The notes: generated by a model from the sequence alone, not told the origin. A stretch of DNA of 64,000 nucleotides from an uncultured Chloroflexia bacterium (GCA_963752475.1 CAVVYR010000008.1:574110-638109); one strand, 5' to 3'. Counted from the first letter of the stretch, positions 46,949 to 57,440 are shown. Numbers and translations: made by a program.

Positions 46949-48298
46949 TCAGCCGCGGTAGGCCTCGTCCGCGAGATAGAGCGCGTTGTCGATGATGTCG
47001 AAGGCATGCGCGAGGTCGTCCTCGGAGATGACCAGGGGCGGGTTGTTGTGGATGGTGTTCCAGCGGGTCAGCGCGAAGAGGCCGTTGTAGCGCATGTACT
47101 CCTGCATCGCCCGCATCTCGGGACTGGTGCCGTTGTAGGGTGCGAGCGGCGTGTAGGTGTCGCGGTCCATGACCAGCTCGAGGATCCCGAAGAGCCCGAT
47201 GTTGCGGTGCGTGCCGACGCTGGGATGCACCTCGTAGAGGCGTTCGTGGTGCTGGCGCATGACCTCGCCCAGCCGCGCCGAGCGCTCGATGAGCCCGTCC
47301 TGTTCGTAGACGTCGATGACCGCGAGGGCTGCCGCGCAGCCGACCGGGTGGCTGTGGTAGGTGAGCCCACCGAAGAACGGTTCATCACCGAAGGTGTCGG
47401 CGATCTCGCGTCGGATCGCGACCGCCCCAAGGGGCACGTACGACGAGGTCAGGCCCTTGGCCATCGTGATCATGTCCGGCACCACGCCCCAGTGCTCGAC
47501 CGCGAACCACTTGCCGGTTCGGCCGAAGCCGGTCATGACCTCGTCGGCGATGAGCAGGATGCCGTACCTGTCGCAGATCTCGCGCACGCCCTGCATGTAG
47601 CCATCGGGCGGGATGAGCACGCCGTTGGCCCCGACGACCGGTTCGAGCAGGAACGCCGCGATCGTCTTCGGCCCCTCGAACATGATCACTTCCTCGAGGT
47701 CCTCGAGGGATCGCTCGACGGGCTCGGGCTCGCGCCGTCCGTAGCGATGCGCATCGGGCACACGCACGAAGGCGTGGCCGCCCATCTCGTTGGTCCAGCG
47801 CCGGGGATCGCCGGTGGCCACCATGGCCTGGCCCGTGGCGCCGTGATACGAGCGATAGCGGACCAGGATCTTGGCCCGACCGGTGTACTGGCGTGCGAGC
47901 TTGATCGCGTTCTCGTTGGCGTCGGAGCCACCCGTGGTGAAGAACATCACGTCGAGGTCGCCCGGGGTCAGCGATGCCAGCTTCGCGCCCAGGCGCGCGC
48001 GCGGTTCGTGCGCGGCGTGGGGGTAGGCGTAGGCCAGCTTGCGCGCTTGGGCTGAGATGGCGTCGGCCACCCGTTCGTCGCCGTGGCCGATGTTGACCGA
48101 CATGGCCTGGGAGTTGAAGTCGAGGTAGCGCTTGCCCTCGACCGACGTGAACCAGGCGCCCTTGCCGGACTCGACCGCGATGGGTTCGGCCACGTTCTGC
48201 GCCACCCACGAGAACATCGTGTGTTTCCTGGTGAGCGCGATCATCTCTTCGGCGCTCATCGGATCGGCGCTGGTCGCCTGGCGCTCGTCGTCCGACAT
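46949..48298 (-). CDS. Class III PLP aminotransferase (taurine/beta-alanine:pyruvate-like)
   Basis: YLDF, SYHGAT, DEVMTGFGRTG, MAKGLTS. Confidence 0.9.
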   Translation of the reverse strand: MSDDERQATSADPMSAEEMIALTRKHTMFSWVAQNVAEPIAVESGKGAWFTSVEGKRYLDFNSQAMSVNIGHGDERVADAISAQARKLAYAYPHAAHEPRARLGAKLASLTPGDLDVMFFTTGGSDANENAIKLARQYTGRAKILVRYRSYHGATGQAMVATGDPRRWTNEMGGHAFVRVPDAHRYGRREPEPVERSLEDLEEVIMFEGPKTIAAFLLEPVVGANGVLIPPDGYMQGVREICDRYGILLIADEVMTGFGRTGKWFAVEHWGVVPDMITMAKGLTSSYVPLGAVAIRREIADTFGDEPFFGGLTYHSHPVGCAAALAVIDVYEQDGLIERSARLGEVMRQHHERLYEVHPSVGTHRNIGLFGILELVMDRDTYTPLAPYNGTSPEMRAMQEYMRYNGLFALTRWNTIHNNPPLVISEDDLAHAFDIIDNALYLADEAYRG

Positions 48299-48399
48299 CA
48301 CGACACCTCTGTGGCTGTATGTGCCTGTCTCGACTCTGCCACGAACGCACGCCCGGGGTGACGGCGGTTCGCCGATCCTCGACACTATCGCCATCGACC

Positions 48400-48905
48400 A
48401 AGGCGAGATCGAGGACTACCGCGTGGCAGGCAAGGAGTATGCCGGCCGCGGTTCAAGCGTTCGACGAGATGATCGAGTACATGCAGCGGGCCTGGCGTGG
48501 CGAGCTGGTAGACGGTGCCACGAAGGGTCTCACTCCGACGCCGACGAACGGTGAGTCCGTTCCTCTGGCCATCGGTGGCCATTCGCCGGCCAGCTTCGCC
48601 CGCGCCGCCCGAGTATGGCATCGGCTGGACCGCTGGTGGCGCTGCTCCCGATGACGTGAACTCGATGAACGCGTCGGTACGAGATGCCTGGGCCGCCGCC
48701 GGACGGGCCGGTGAGCCCAAGCTCTGGGCGCTCGCCTACTACGTCCTCGGTGCGGGTGGGCGCGAGACCGCGACCGACTACCTCGGCGACTACTACGGCG
48801 ACATGGGCGTGGGCATGGCCCAACAGATCCCGGCCGACGCCGATCAGATCCGCGGCGCGGTCGCGGCCTATGAGGCGGCCGGCAGCGACGAGTTCATCTT
48901 CGACC
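48400..48905 (+). pseudogene. Fragment of an LLM-class oxidoreductase, frameshifted, N-terminus missing
   Basis: FDEMIEYMQRAWRGE...LAIGGHS in one frame continues as GWTAGG...AWAAAGR...YLGDYY...AYEAAG in another. Confidence 0.65.
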
Positions 48906-48987
48906 GGCCAGGTCCCTGCGATGGCTGCGAGGCCTGGAGTGCGCTGGCACGGCCACCACGGCTTGCGAGGGCATGTAGGGTGCGCGC

Positions 48988-50262
48988 ATGGCTGAGACGC
49001 GACCCCTGCGCATCGGTTTCGTGGCCACCCGCTTCGCCGGGACCGATGGTGTTTCCCTCGAAGCGGAGAAGTGGGCCGTCGAGCTGCGGGCGATGGGCCA
49101 CGACGTCTACTACTTCGCCGGCGTCGTCGACCGTCCGGCAGAGAAGAGCCGCGAGGTAGCGGAGGCGTTCTTTGGGCACCCCGACGTGGCGGCCATCAAC
49201 GAAGCCGTCTTCGGTGACGCCAGCTCCGGCCGGCCTGCGTCCGTTAGCCGTGCTATCGATGACCTGACGTCCTACCTCAAGGGCACCCTCTACGACTTCG
49301 TGCGCGACTTCGAGCTGGACATGCTGCTGCCGGAGAACGCCCTGACCATCCCGATGCACCTGCCGTTGGGCCTGGCCATCACTCAGCTCGCGGCCGAGAG
49401 CGGCATCCCCGTGCTGGCGCATCACCACGATCTGCCCTGGGAGCGGCAGCGCTTCGGGGTCAACAGCGCCGCCGACGTCATCAGCGCGGCCTTCCCGCCG
49501 GCGCTGCCCAACGTGCGCCACGCCTGCATCAACACCACGCAGCGTGAGCAGATCGCCCGGCGTTTGGGGCGGACAGCGCGGGTGATTCCCAACGTCATGG
49601 ACTTCGAGAACCCACCGCCCACGCCCGACGAGGTGACAGCCGGCCTCCGTGCCGATCTGGGCCTTGCCGATGACGAGCTCTTCGTGCTGGCGCCGGTGCG
49701 GGTGGTACCACGCAAGGGTCTGGAGCACGCGGTCGAGCTGGTAGCACGGCTGGGTCGGAAGGCGCGGTTCGTCGTCTCGCACGCTGCCGGCGACGAGGGT
49801 CTGGAGTACGAGGCCCGCATCCGCGAGTTCGCGCGGCTGCTGGACGTGGACGTGCTGTGGGCGGCAGACCGGGTGGCCGACTTCGAGCGCGGCACGGACT
49901 CGGAAGGCCGGCAGCTCTACTCGCTGGGCGACATGTACGACGCCTGCGACCTCGTGGTCTACCCGTCGCTGATCGAGGGCTTCGGCAACGCGTACCTCGA
50001 AGCGGTCTACCACCGAAAGCCCGTGTTCGTGAACCGCTACGCCATCTACGACATCGATATCCGACCGAAGGGCTTTCGCAACATCGAGATGGACGGCTTC
50101 GTCACCGAAGCGGTCGTGGAGGAGACCAACGCGGTCCTCGACGACCCGGCGCTCATCGCCGAGTGGACTCAAGGCAACTATGCCGCCGGCCTCCGCTACT
50201 TCTCGCACAAGGCCGTTCGCGACGGCCTCCGCGCCGAGCTCGAAGAGATGTTCCCCGGCTAG
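48988..50262 (+). CDS. GT4 glycosyltransferase (mannosylglucosylglycerate synthase-like)
   Basis: GTDGVSLE.KW, HHHDLPWER, RVVPRKG.E, YPSLIEGFGNA. Confidence 0.85.
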   Translation: MAETRPLRIGFVATRFAGTDGVSLEAEKWAVELRAMGHDVYYFAGVVDRPAEKSREVAEAFFGHPDVAAINEAVFGDASSGRPASVSRAIDDLTSYLKGTLYDFVRDFELDMLLPENALTIPMHLPLGLAITQLAAESGIPVLAHHHDLPWERQRFGVNSAADVISAAFPPALPNVRHACINTTQREQIARRLGRTARVIPNVMDFENPPPTPDEVTAGLRADLGLADDELFVLAPVRVVPRKGLEHAVELVARLGRKARFVVSHAAGDEGLEYEARIREFARLLDVDVLWAADRVADFERGTDSEGRQLYSLGDMYDACDLVVYPSLIEGFGNAYLEAVYHRKPVFVNRYAIYDIDIRPKGFRNIEMDGFVTEAVVEETNAVLDDPALIAEWTQGNYAAGLRYFSHKAVRDGLRAELEEMFPG

Positions 50263-50333
50263 AACCGGGTCGCACTCCTGGCCGGATCGTCGCGATGGAC
50301 GCCGCGACGACAGCCCGCTGTGACTGAACCGGG

Positions 50334-50882
50334 CTACTCCGACGTCTCGATCGCCGACTTGTCGGGCACGAGGATCGTGTTGAGCAGGAGACGCTCGCGG
50401 TCGGCTGAAGGCTGGTTCTCGAGGTAGGGCGTGATGACACTCCGCAAGCGTTCCACGAGCTCCGCCCGCTCTGCGTCGTCGAGCCAAAGCGCAGCTTGTC
50501 GGAAGCTCAATGGATCGCGTGTGAGGTCCGCTTCCGGATGGTCCAGGTAGCGCCCGACCGATTCGACGAGGGTCCCAGCGAAGACCACGAACCCGCGGAA
50601 GAGCTCATCCGAGCTCGTGTCTGCCGCCGTCTCCGGTCCGAGCTTGGCCGCGCCGGGCGCGAGGGCATAGGTCCGCTCCGTTCCACCCCGGATCCGTCGC
50701 TCGGACACGACCTCGAGCATGCCGACATCCGCCAGGGTGGCGATCTGGCGATAGAGCGTCGCGTGCGCGATGTCCGGTAGTCGCTCTGCCAGCTGCGCCG
50801 TCGTCAGTCGCTCCGACCCGAAGGCAAGCACGATCCGCAGGCGGACCGGGTGCAGCAGGATCTCGACGTTCGGCGTGGCCAT
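50334..50882 (-). CDS. ArsR-like HTH transcriptional regulator
   Basis: LLHPVRLRI...ATLYRQ...RGGTERTY. Confidence 0.85.
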   Translation of the reverse strand: MATPNVEILLHPVRLRIVLAFGSERLTTAQLAERLPDIAHATLYRQIATLADVGMLEVVSERRIRGGTERTYALAPGAAKLGPETAADTSSDELFRGFVVFAGTLVESVGRYLDHPEADLTRDPLSFRQAALWLDDAERAELVERLRSVITPYLENQPSADRERLLLNTILVPDKSAIETSE

Positions 50883-50899
50883 GGCTCGAGTCTAGCACG

Positions 50900-50941
50900 A
50901 TTGCTATCGACTATGATAATGTTCTCACTATTGATAGCAAT
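50900..50941. promoter_or_regulatory. AT-rich palindromic operator between the divergent regulator and hydrolase
   Basis: ATTGCTATCGACTATGATAA...TTCTCACTATTGATAGCAAT inverted repeat. Confidence 0.65.
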
Positions 50942-50967
50942 AGACCACGTACCGTAGCGAGGACCAC

Positions 50968-51894
50968 ATGCCCGAGACCCGCACGACCTTCCTTCAGCCG
51001 GCCTGTCCCTGGCCGGCACCTTCACCACGCCGGACGGCGAGGGGCCGTTCCCGGCCGCCCTGCTGCTGCCGGGTTCGGGCCCGCTCGATCGCGACGGCAA
51101 CATCAAGCGGATGCCGCTCGAATGTCAGCCGTGACCTCGCGGAGCTGCTGGCCGGCGCCGGCTGGGCCTCGTTCCGCTACGACAAGCGCGGCGTGGCCGA
51201 GTCAGAAGGGGAGTACCTGCCCACCGGGTTCGAGGACGAGCTGACCGACGCCGAGGCTGCCCGCGACTGGCTGTTCGCCCGCGAGGACACCTCGAAGGTC
51301 GTCGTCATCGGCCATAGCGCGGGGGCCCTTCACGCAGCCGAGCTGGCCGGGCGCACGCCTGCCGTCGATGGTGCGATCCTGCTTGCGGCCACGGCCAAGA
51401 CAGGGGAGGAGACACTGCGCTGGCAGGCTCGCCGGATCGGCGAGAACCTCGTGCCCGGTCCCGTGAAGGCCCTCATGCGCCTCTTCCGTACCGACGTGCT
51501 GAAGCAGCAGGACGGCGCCATCAGGAAGCTCAAGGCCACGACCGACGATGTCGCACGCATCCAGCTCCAGAAGGTCAACGCCAAGTGGATGCGCGAGTTC
51601 ATCGCCTACGACCCCAAGGTGGCCATGGCGGCCGCGACCGCACCGATGCTGGCCCTCACGGGCTCGAAGGACGTGCAGGTCGACCCGGCCGATCTCCCCG
51701 TCATCGCGACCACCGCCGGTGACGCAGACGTCCTCGAGGTGTCCGACGTCGACCATATCCTGCGCCACGAGTCCGGGGCCATCTCCAACCCGCGCCACTA
51801 CTCGAAGCAGGCCAGGAACCCGATCGACCCGCGCGTCACCGAGGCCGTCGTCGGCTGGCTGGCCGAGTTGCGGGTCGACGCGGCGGCAGGGTAG
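50968..51894 (+). CDS. Alpha/beta hydrolase with two compensating frameshifts near the 5' end
   Basis: RYDKRG, GHSAG, GSKDVQV, DH; the family motif LLPGSGPLDRDGN lies in an alternative frame at ~50993-51120. Confidence 0.8.
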   Translation: MPETRTTFLQPACPWPAPSPRRTARGRSRPPCCCRVRARSIATATSSGCRSNVSRDLAELLAGAGWASFRYDKRGVAESEGEYLPTGFEDELTDAEAARDWLFAREDTSKVVVIGHSAGALHAAELAGRTPAVDGAILLAATAKTGEETLRWQARRIGENLVPGPVKALMRLFRTDVLKQQDGAIRKLKATTDDVARIQLQKVNAKWMREFIAYDPKVAMAAATAPMLALTGSKDVQVDPADLPVIATTAGDADVLEVSDVDHILRHESGAISNPRHYSKQARNPIDPRVTEAVVGWLAELRVDAAAG

Positions 51895-51945
51895 TCGGCT
51901 CGAGCTAGGCGTCCTATCCTCGACTCGACGGAAGGAGGTCCCACC

Positions 51946-52440
51946 ATGGACGAAGCCCGACCTGTCGAGGTCCGTGGCCCAGAGGACGAAGAGCAGCTCA
52001 GGCGCCTGAGCCGTCGCGTCCGCTCGACCTGGGGCGAGACCGTGGCTCGGCGCGGAGAGGTGCTCGACCCTGCTGACGGTGAGCTCATCGGGGCCTACCT
52101 CGACCGCGAGATCATCGGCGTAGCCACCTACGCGATCCGCGGCGATGAGTGCGAGGTCGTGGCCATCGAGGCCTACCAGCAGCGCATGGGCATCGCCACC
52201 GCGCTGATGGACGCCATCCGCGCCCGGGCCAAGGCTGCTGGATGTGATCGACTCTGGCTCGTGACGACGAATGACAACCTCCCCGCCATCGGCTTCTACC
52301 AGCGCTGGGGCATGGACCTCGTCGCCTTCCGCCGCGATGCCGTCACGGACGCTCGGGCGACCCTGAAGCCGGAGATCCCCGAGACCGGCCACGACGACAT
52401 CCCCATCCGCCACGAGCTGGAGTTCGCGATCGAACCGTAG
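51946..52440 (+). CDS. GNAT acetyltransferase
   Basis: QRMGIATAL, LVTTNDNL.A..FYQ. Confidence 0.9.
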   Translation: MDEARPVEVRGPEDEEQLRRLSRRVRSTWGETVARRGEVLDPADGELIGAYLDREIIGVATYAIRGDECEVVAIEAYQQRMGIATALMDAIRARAKAAGCDRLWLVTTNDNLPAIGFYQRWGMDLVAFRRDAVTDARATLKPEIPETGHDDIPIRHELEFAIEP

Positions 52441-52540
52441 GACGTACGGATTCCCGGCTTGACCTCCGCCGAATCGGTGGCAGGCTCCACCTCGTCGAGG
52501 CGCGTCTCCCTGTCGTGCCGGCTAGCAAGAAGGGTTCTCC

Positions 52541-53458
52541 ATGAAGCGACCGATCACCACGTCCCTGCTGGCAGCGGTGCTCGCAACCAGTGTGGCCGCG
52601 CCCGCAGGTGCCCAGTTCGCGGGTCTCACCACCATCGAGCCGGAGGTCCTCGACCCCGGAGCCGAACCTCGGCAGGAGCTGCGCTATCGCTACGTCGAGG
52701 GGCAGTCGGGCGCCATGGCCATGGACATGACGATGGACATCGCCGACACCTTCGACGGCATGCCTGTCGACGAGGGTGCTGTCGATCTGTCGATGAGCGC
52801 GGAACTGACGATGACCGTGACCGACGTCTACGACGACGGTTCGGCCCGCATCGAGCAGGTCTTCAGCGACTACTCGTTCGGTGAGACCGGCGATCCAGTC
52901 GCTGATGCCGAACTGGAGGCCGCCAGCGAACTGCTCGAAGGCCTCATGGTCTGGCAAGTCCTCGATGACCGTGGCGCCGTGCAGGAAGTGGGATCGGACG
53001 CCTTCGAGGCGCTGCCTCCGGAGTTGCTCGATCAGGTCTACAGCAACACATACACGGTCCAGCCGTTCCCGGAAGAGGCCGTGGGTGTGGGAGCTCGCTG
53101 GGTCGCCTCGGGAACCTTGACCTCGCAGGGCCTGCCCATGTCCATGTCGATCGAGAGCGAAGTGCTGGAGCTGCGCGAAGACGGCGCTGTGCTGGGTACG
53201 GACATCAGCGCCGATGCGGTCGGGACCACGGATCTCCTGGGCGACATGATGCCCGGCGTCTCCGCGTCGATCGACCGCCTCGAGATGTCCGGTGGCGGCA
53301 CGGTCGAGGTCGCCTTCGACACCATCATCCCGACGTCCGAGGCGGAGCTGCTGATGGGCATGGACATGACCGTGTCAGGGGGCGAGGGCGAGGATGCTTT
53401 CAGCTACAGCTTCGGCCTGGACATGGACATGGCCATGGACGTCTATCCCATCGAGTAG
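52541..53458 (+). CDS. Secreted acidic beta-rich protein (DUF6263-like)
   Basis: Signal peptide; DPGAEPR..LRY and FPEEAVGVGARW. Confidence 0.7.
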   Translation: MKRPITTSLLAAVLATSVAAPAGAQFAGLTTIEPEVLDPGAEPRQELRYRYVEGQSGAMAMDMTMDIADTFDGMPVDEGAVDLSMSAELTMTVTDVYDDGSARIEQVFSDYSFGETGDPVADAELEAASELLEGLMVWQVLDDRGAVQEVGSDAFEALPPELLDQVYSNTYTVQPFPEEAVGVGARWVASGTLTSQGLPMSMSIESEVLELREDGAVLGTDISADAVGTTDLLGDMMPGVSASIDRLEMSGGGTVEVAFDTIIPTSEAELLMGMDMTVSGGEGEDAFSYSFGLDMDMAMDVYPIE

Positions 53459-53461
53459 GCC

Positions 53462-54628
53462 TCAGCGGCGTGCTCGGTCGACGGCCACGCTCAGCGCCAG
53501 CGCCACGACGGCGACGACCGGGATCAGCAGCCAGGCAGTCGAGACACCCGCAGCATCAGCTGCCACACCCAGCACGAACGGCGAGACCAGGATGGCCACG
53601 CCCGACGCGATGATGACTCGCGCTGCGCCCTTGTCCTGGAGTGATGGCACGAGCGCCAGCGCCACCGCCACGACCAGCGGGTACTGGAAGCTGGAACCCA
53701 CGCCCCCGAGGAAGATCCCCACCGCGGCCAGGGCGATGCTGTCAGCGGTCCACGCCAGCAGCGCACCCACGATGGCGGCGAACAGACCCAGGCGCACCAA
53801 CGCGATGGGGTCGCGGCCACCGATGGCGGGGATGCTGAGCCCGACGCGCGTCGCGGCCATGCCGATGTAGAAGCTGGTGAGCACCAGGGTGGCGTCGGCC
53901 AGTGACACCTCCAGTTGCCGCTCGACGAGAGTGCTGGCCCAGAAGACGAAGGCGAACTCGACAGCGACGCCGAGCACGAGCAGCCACCACGCCATCCAGT
54001 AGCTCCCGCTGAGCCGCCCTGCGAGCGAGACCGACGACGCAGCCACGTCCTGCCGCCAACGCGAGCCCCAGAGGCCGATGACGATGAGCGCACCCGCGAC
54101 GACGAAGGCCAGCTGCCAGCCGAGGCTGCTGTTCTCGCCGAGGCCGATGACGACCGGCACGGCCATCGAGCCGAACATCGCTGTCAGGCCCGACCGACTC
54201 AGGCGGACCTGGGCCAGTGACCCACCCCCACGGGTCAGGGTCCGGTTGACGTGCGCCAGGAGCAGCCCTACGCCAAGGCCGATGGCGGCAGCGCCGGCGA
54301 GCGTCACGACGAATGCCGCAGCCGTGGCCATGGCGGCGCTGCCGAGCGCGAGCAGTACGTACGCAGCCACGTTGGCCCGAGTGGAGCCGATGCGCGCGTC
54401 GACACGGTCGCCGCTGAGCCCGGCGGCGAGGAGCCCGGTGGCCATCAGGGACGAGTGCAGCGCTGCCTCGGCATCCGAGAGCGCCAGCGCCGCCGCCAGG
54501 AACGCGGTTACGGCACCGACACCGTAGAGCAGGTAGCCGATGGCCAGCGTGTCGACATAGGCGCTGCCGGCCTCCCGGCTCGAGGCGGGAACCTCGGCCG
54601 TCGTCCCCACCCTCGGTTCAGCCGCCAT
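53462..54628 (-). CDS. MFS transporter
   Basis: About 12 TM segments; VAVEF...W motif. Confidence 0.85.
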   Translation of the reverse strand: MAAEPRVGTTAEVPASSREAGSAYVDTLAIGYLLYGVGAVTAFLAAALALSDAEAALHSSLMATGLLAAGLSGDRVDARIGSTRANVAAYVLLALGSAAMATAAAFVVTLAGAAAIGLGVGLLLAHVNRTLTRGGGSLAQVRLSRSGLTAMFGSMAVPVVIGLGENSSLGWQLAFVVAGALIVIGLWGSRWRQDVAASSVSLAGRLSGSYWMAWWLLVLGVAVEFAFVFWASTLVERQLEVSLADATLVLTSFYIGMAATRVGLSIPAIGGRDPIALVRLGLFAAIVGALLAWTADSIALAAVGIFLGGVGSSFQYPLVVAVALALVPSLQDKGAARVIIASGVAILVSPFVLGVAADAAGVSTAWLLIPVVAVVALALSVAVDRARR

Positions 54629-54685
54629 GGCCTGATGCTACTCCGGCTCGGGCCGGGTCAAGGGAGCCGCGCTAGCATCCTGCGC

Positions 54686-54967
54686 ATGGAGCCGACCGCC
54701 CGCCTGGAACGCCTGGTCAGAGAGGACTTCGGTGCCGACGCCGAACTCGTCCTGGCCGCCCTCGCCGAGCTGCCCGGGTACGCCGCGAGCGAGCGGGTGC
54801 AGGCGGCCGTGGTGAAGCTGGCCCACGGTGACTTGGGACGGCTCGATCGCCAGCTTCAGGAAGCGTGCATCGATTGGCGTGACGTGCTCGTGGCGGCTGG
54901 CTTCGCCCATGAGGACTGGCCCGATCGCGTCGATGCCTACCTCGGGTCCAACGGAGACCGCGCATGA
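54686..54967 (+). CDS. Small hypothetical protein
   Basis: TAGCAT-N7-ATG; ERVQAAVVKLA.GD...DWRDVL; ATGA overlap with the next gene. Confidence 0.7.
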   Translation: MEPTARLERLVREDFGADAELVLAALAELPGYAASERVQAAVVKLAHGDLGRLDRQLQEACIDWRDVLVAAGFAHEDWPDRVDAYLGSNGDRA

Positions 54968-56190
54968 GCGGACCCTTGCCGGACTTCGACCCCTTCGAGC
55001 TGCTCGGTGTCGATGCCAGCGCCGACGGGGCCACGGTCGATCGCGCCTACAAGGCCCGAATCCGCCACGTCCACCCGGACATCGCCGGCGTGGCCGGGCT
55101 CGACGAGACCAAGCGCCTCAACATCGCCCGCGAGTGGCTGCTCGATCCCGAGCTCCGTCAGCAGCTACCGAAGCCGACGCCGCGATGGGGCAAGCGGCCC
55201 AGGCGAACCAAGCCGCCGAAGGCGCCCCAGCCAGGGCCGCCGCCGCGAGGCCCGTCGACGACGAGCCAGCAGGCACCGCCCCGACCGCCGCGCTCAGCGA
55301 GCGACACCGACTGGTTCTGGGAGGGCAAGGCCGCACCGCCTCCCAAGCCCTCGTGGGGCTACGACCCCGATGTCGACGATCCCGCCAGGTTCGACTTCGG
55401 GGCCTGGAACGACGAGCTCCGCCTGCTCTTCGACACCATCCGCAAGCTCACGGCCGATGAGCGCGCGCGGGTCACCTACAGCCTGGGCGAGGAGCCGCCG
55501 ATGCTCTTCGACGACTTCGAGGAGATCGTGGGCGAACGCATGTGGGCACGCTCGCTGGCACTCGAGGACGCCATCGAGCAGGTCTGGCGCGAACGTGTGG
55601 ACGAAGGGCCGCCGCTGCTGTTCCCGCGTGGCCGAGTCTTCGGCAACGGCATCGTGGTCGTCAACGCCTATGCCCAGTGGCGACTGCTGGGCGAGTCGAT
55701 CGCGCAGAAGACGCGCGACCCGCTCGCGATCGCCGCCATGGAGAAGCGCTGCACGGCGCCATGGGCGTCATCGGTCGGCCACAAGCGGTTCGGGGCAGGC
55801 CAGGATCAGGTCACAGCTTGCCTCGACGACGCTCGCCGCATGACGCTGGCGCAGGCTACCCGGCTGTCGCGGGCGTGGGAGCGCGACATGGGTGGGTACC
55901 TGTTCGGGCGGCCGGGCGAGGACTGGTTCCCCGGAGTCGACGAGGACGTCCGGTCCGACCTCGTCAGTGCTCGGCTTGCGGCCGTGGATGCCTCGCGCAT
56001 CGAGCCGCCCGACGACATGCCATATGAGCAACGCAACGGCTTCCGCTGCGGTCTGCGGCTGTCGGCCTACATGATCGCGTTGGGCGGCGTGAGCCCGGAT
56101 GGCAAGGACTACCTCCGCCCGTGGACCGAAGCGCTCGACCCCAACCCCTCGTTCCTCGACCGCGCCCGCTGGGGTATGCCGCGGGACTGA
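54964..56190 (+). CDS. J-domain protein with an uncharacterised C-terminus
   Basis: DPFELLGV...AYK...HPD...LN.A; Pro-rich linker. Confidence 0.85.
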   Translation: MSGPLPDFDPFELLGVDASADGATVDRAYKARIRHVHPDIAGVAGLDETKRLNIAREWLLDPELRQQLPKPTPRWGKRPRRTKPPKAPQPGPPPRGPSTTSQQAPPRPPRSASDTDWFWEGKAAPPPKPSWGYDPDVDDPARFDFGAWNDELRLLFDTIRKLTADERARVTYSLGEEPPMLFDDFEEIVGERMWARSLALEDAIEQVWRERVDEGPPLLFPRGRVFGNGIVVVNAYAQWRLLGESIAQKTRDPLAIAAMEKRCTAPWASSVGHKRFGAGQDQVTACLDDARRMTLAQATRLSRAWERDMGGYLFGRPGEDWFPGVDEDVRSDLVSARLAAVDASRIEPPDDMPYEQRNGFRCGLRLSAYMIALGGVSPDGKDYLRPWTEALDPNPSFLDRARWGMPRD

Positions 56191-56215
56191 TGCCGCCGGA
56201 TGCCGGGCCAGGTGG

Positions 56216-56440
56216 TCAGTGGGTCGCGCGCCACCCCGGGTCGGCCGCGATCATCTCGTTGATGGCCCTGCCGATCCTGGGGCAGCAGCCGGAGATGTCG
56301 AGTTTCAAGTCGGGAGCGGAGCCGATGACGTACACGCGCCACGGCTCGACGTAGTGCTCGGGGCAGTGGACGGCCCGCGCCTTCCGGGCCAGGTCTTCCC
56401 ACAGTGCCTGGAGTGCGTCCTTGTCGTCCTTCGCTGCCAA
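56216..56440 (-). CDS. Small hypothetical protein (CPEH...GCC)
   Basis: TTG start after GGAG; HCPEH and GCC motifs. Confidence 0.5.
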   Translation of the reverse strand: MAAKDDKDALQALWEDLARKARAVHCPEHYVEPWRVYVIGSAPDLKLDISGCCPRIGRAINEMIAADPGWRATH

Positions 56441-56610
56441 ACCGGTCTCCGATCCTCTTGTCGTCTCCTCGAAACACGCCGAGCGCGTACCTCGTCTCGA
56501 GCGTAGTCGCCGCCGACCCCAAGTGGCGTTCCGGACGGGATAGAGTTCGGTTACGACTCGCGCCCACCTTGGAATCCCGCCCACGTGGGTGCCAATTCGA
56601 GGAGATCGGC

Positions 56611-57057
56611 ATGCGCATCTCATCTCCGGCCTTCGAGGACGAAGGCGATATCCCGCAGCGGTACACCTGCGACGGCGAGAACATCTCCCCCGCACTCGTG
56701 CTCGAGGACGTCCCGCCCGAGGCGGTCTCGCTGGTGCTGGTGATGGACGACCCTGACGCACCGATGGGCACGTGGGACCACTGGGTGGCCTACGATATCG
56801 AGCCCCTGACACGGATCCCCGAGGCGGTCGAGTCACTGGGCACGGCCGGCAGCAACTCCTGGGGCGACCAGGGCTACGGCGGTCCCTGTCCGCCCGGCGG
56901 CACCCATCGCTACTTCTTCGCGGCCTACGCGCTCGACAGCCGACTGGGCTGGGAGAGTGGGGCCGACAAGACGAGCGTGCTCGAGGCCGTCCATGACCAC
57001 ATCCTGGCCGAGGCCTCGCTGTTGGGCTTCTACAGCCGCGAGGAGCCTGAACCGTAG
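56611..57057 (+). CDS. YbhB/YbcL (PEBP) family protein
   Basis: YTCDG..SP, DDPDAP, HW, YGGPCPP..HRY. Confidence 0.92.
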   Translation: MRISSPAFEDEGDIPQRYTCDGENISPALVLEDVPPEAVSLVLVMDDPDAPMGTWDHWVAYDIEPLTRIPEAVESLGTAGSNSWGDQGYGGPCPPGGTHRYFFAAYALDSRLGWESGADKTSVLEAVHDHILAEASLLGFYSREEPEP

Positions 57058-57285
57058 TCAGTCGTCGCCCCCACGGACGCTCGTCTCACTCGTAGTCACC
57101 GCTGCATGACGATTCGACACTGCGCTCGTCGCAATCACCCACGCGTGGGCATGGATCGTAGCTCGTGGGGCCGTGCTGAGCCCGTTGTAGGCTCGCTCGT
57201 GGGACTTGGGTCGATGGGAGCGACATATGTCCACCGAGTCACGTCGGACCGGCCGACAGCGTCGACCTGGGCGACGGCTGACTAC
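57054..57285 (+). repeat. ~232-bp GTAG-ended inverted-repeat element (MITE/REP-like), copy 1
   Basis: Ends GTAGTCAGTCGTCGCCC / GGGCGACGGCTGACTAC (16/17); internal GTAGTCACC 38 bp from the left end. Confidence 0.7.
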
Positions 57286-57440
57286 AAGGAGCGCCGGACC
57301 GGCCCACGACATCCGCGTCGGGCAGTCGGTCGCCGATCGTCGACGAAGACCAGGCGCTTGGGCGGCGCTGGAGCGTTGCCTCGACGCAACACCAGTGTCC
57401 GCCGGGCTCGCTTCGAAACCTGTCGCCCGAGCGTGCACGT

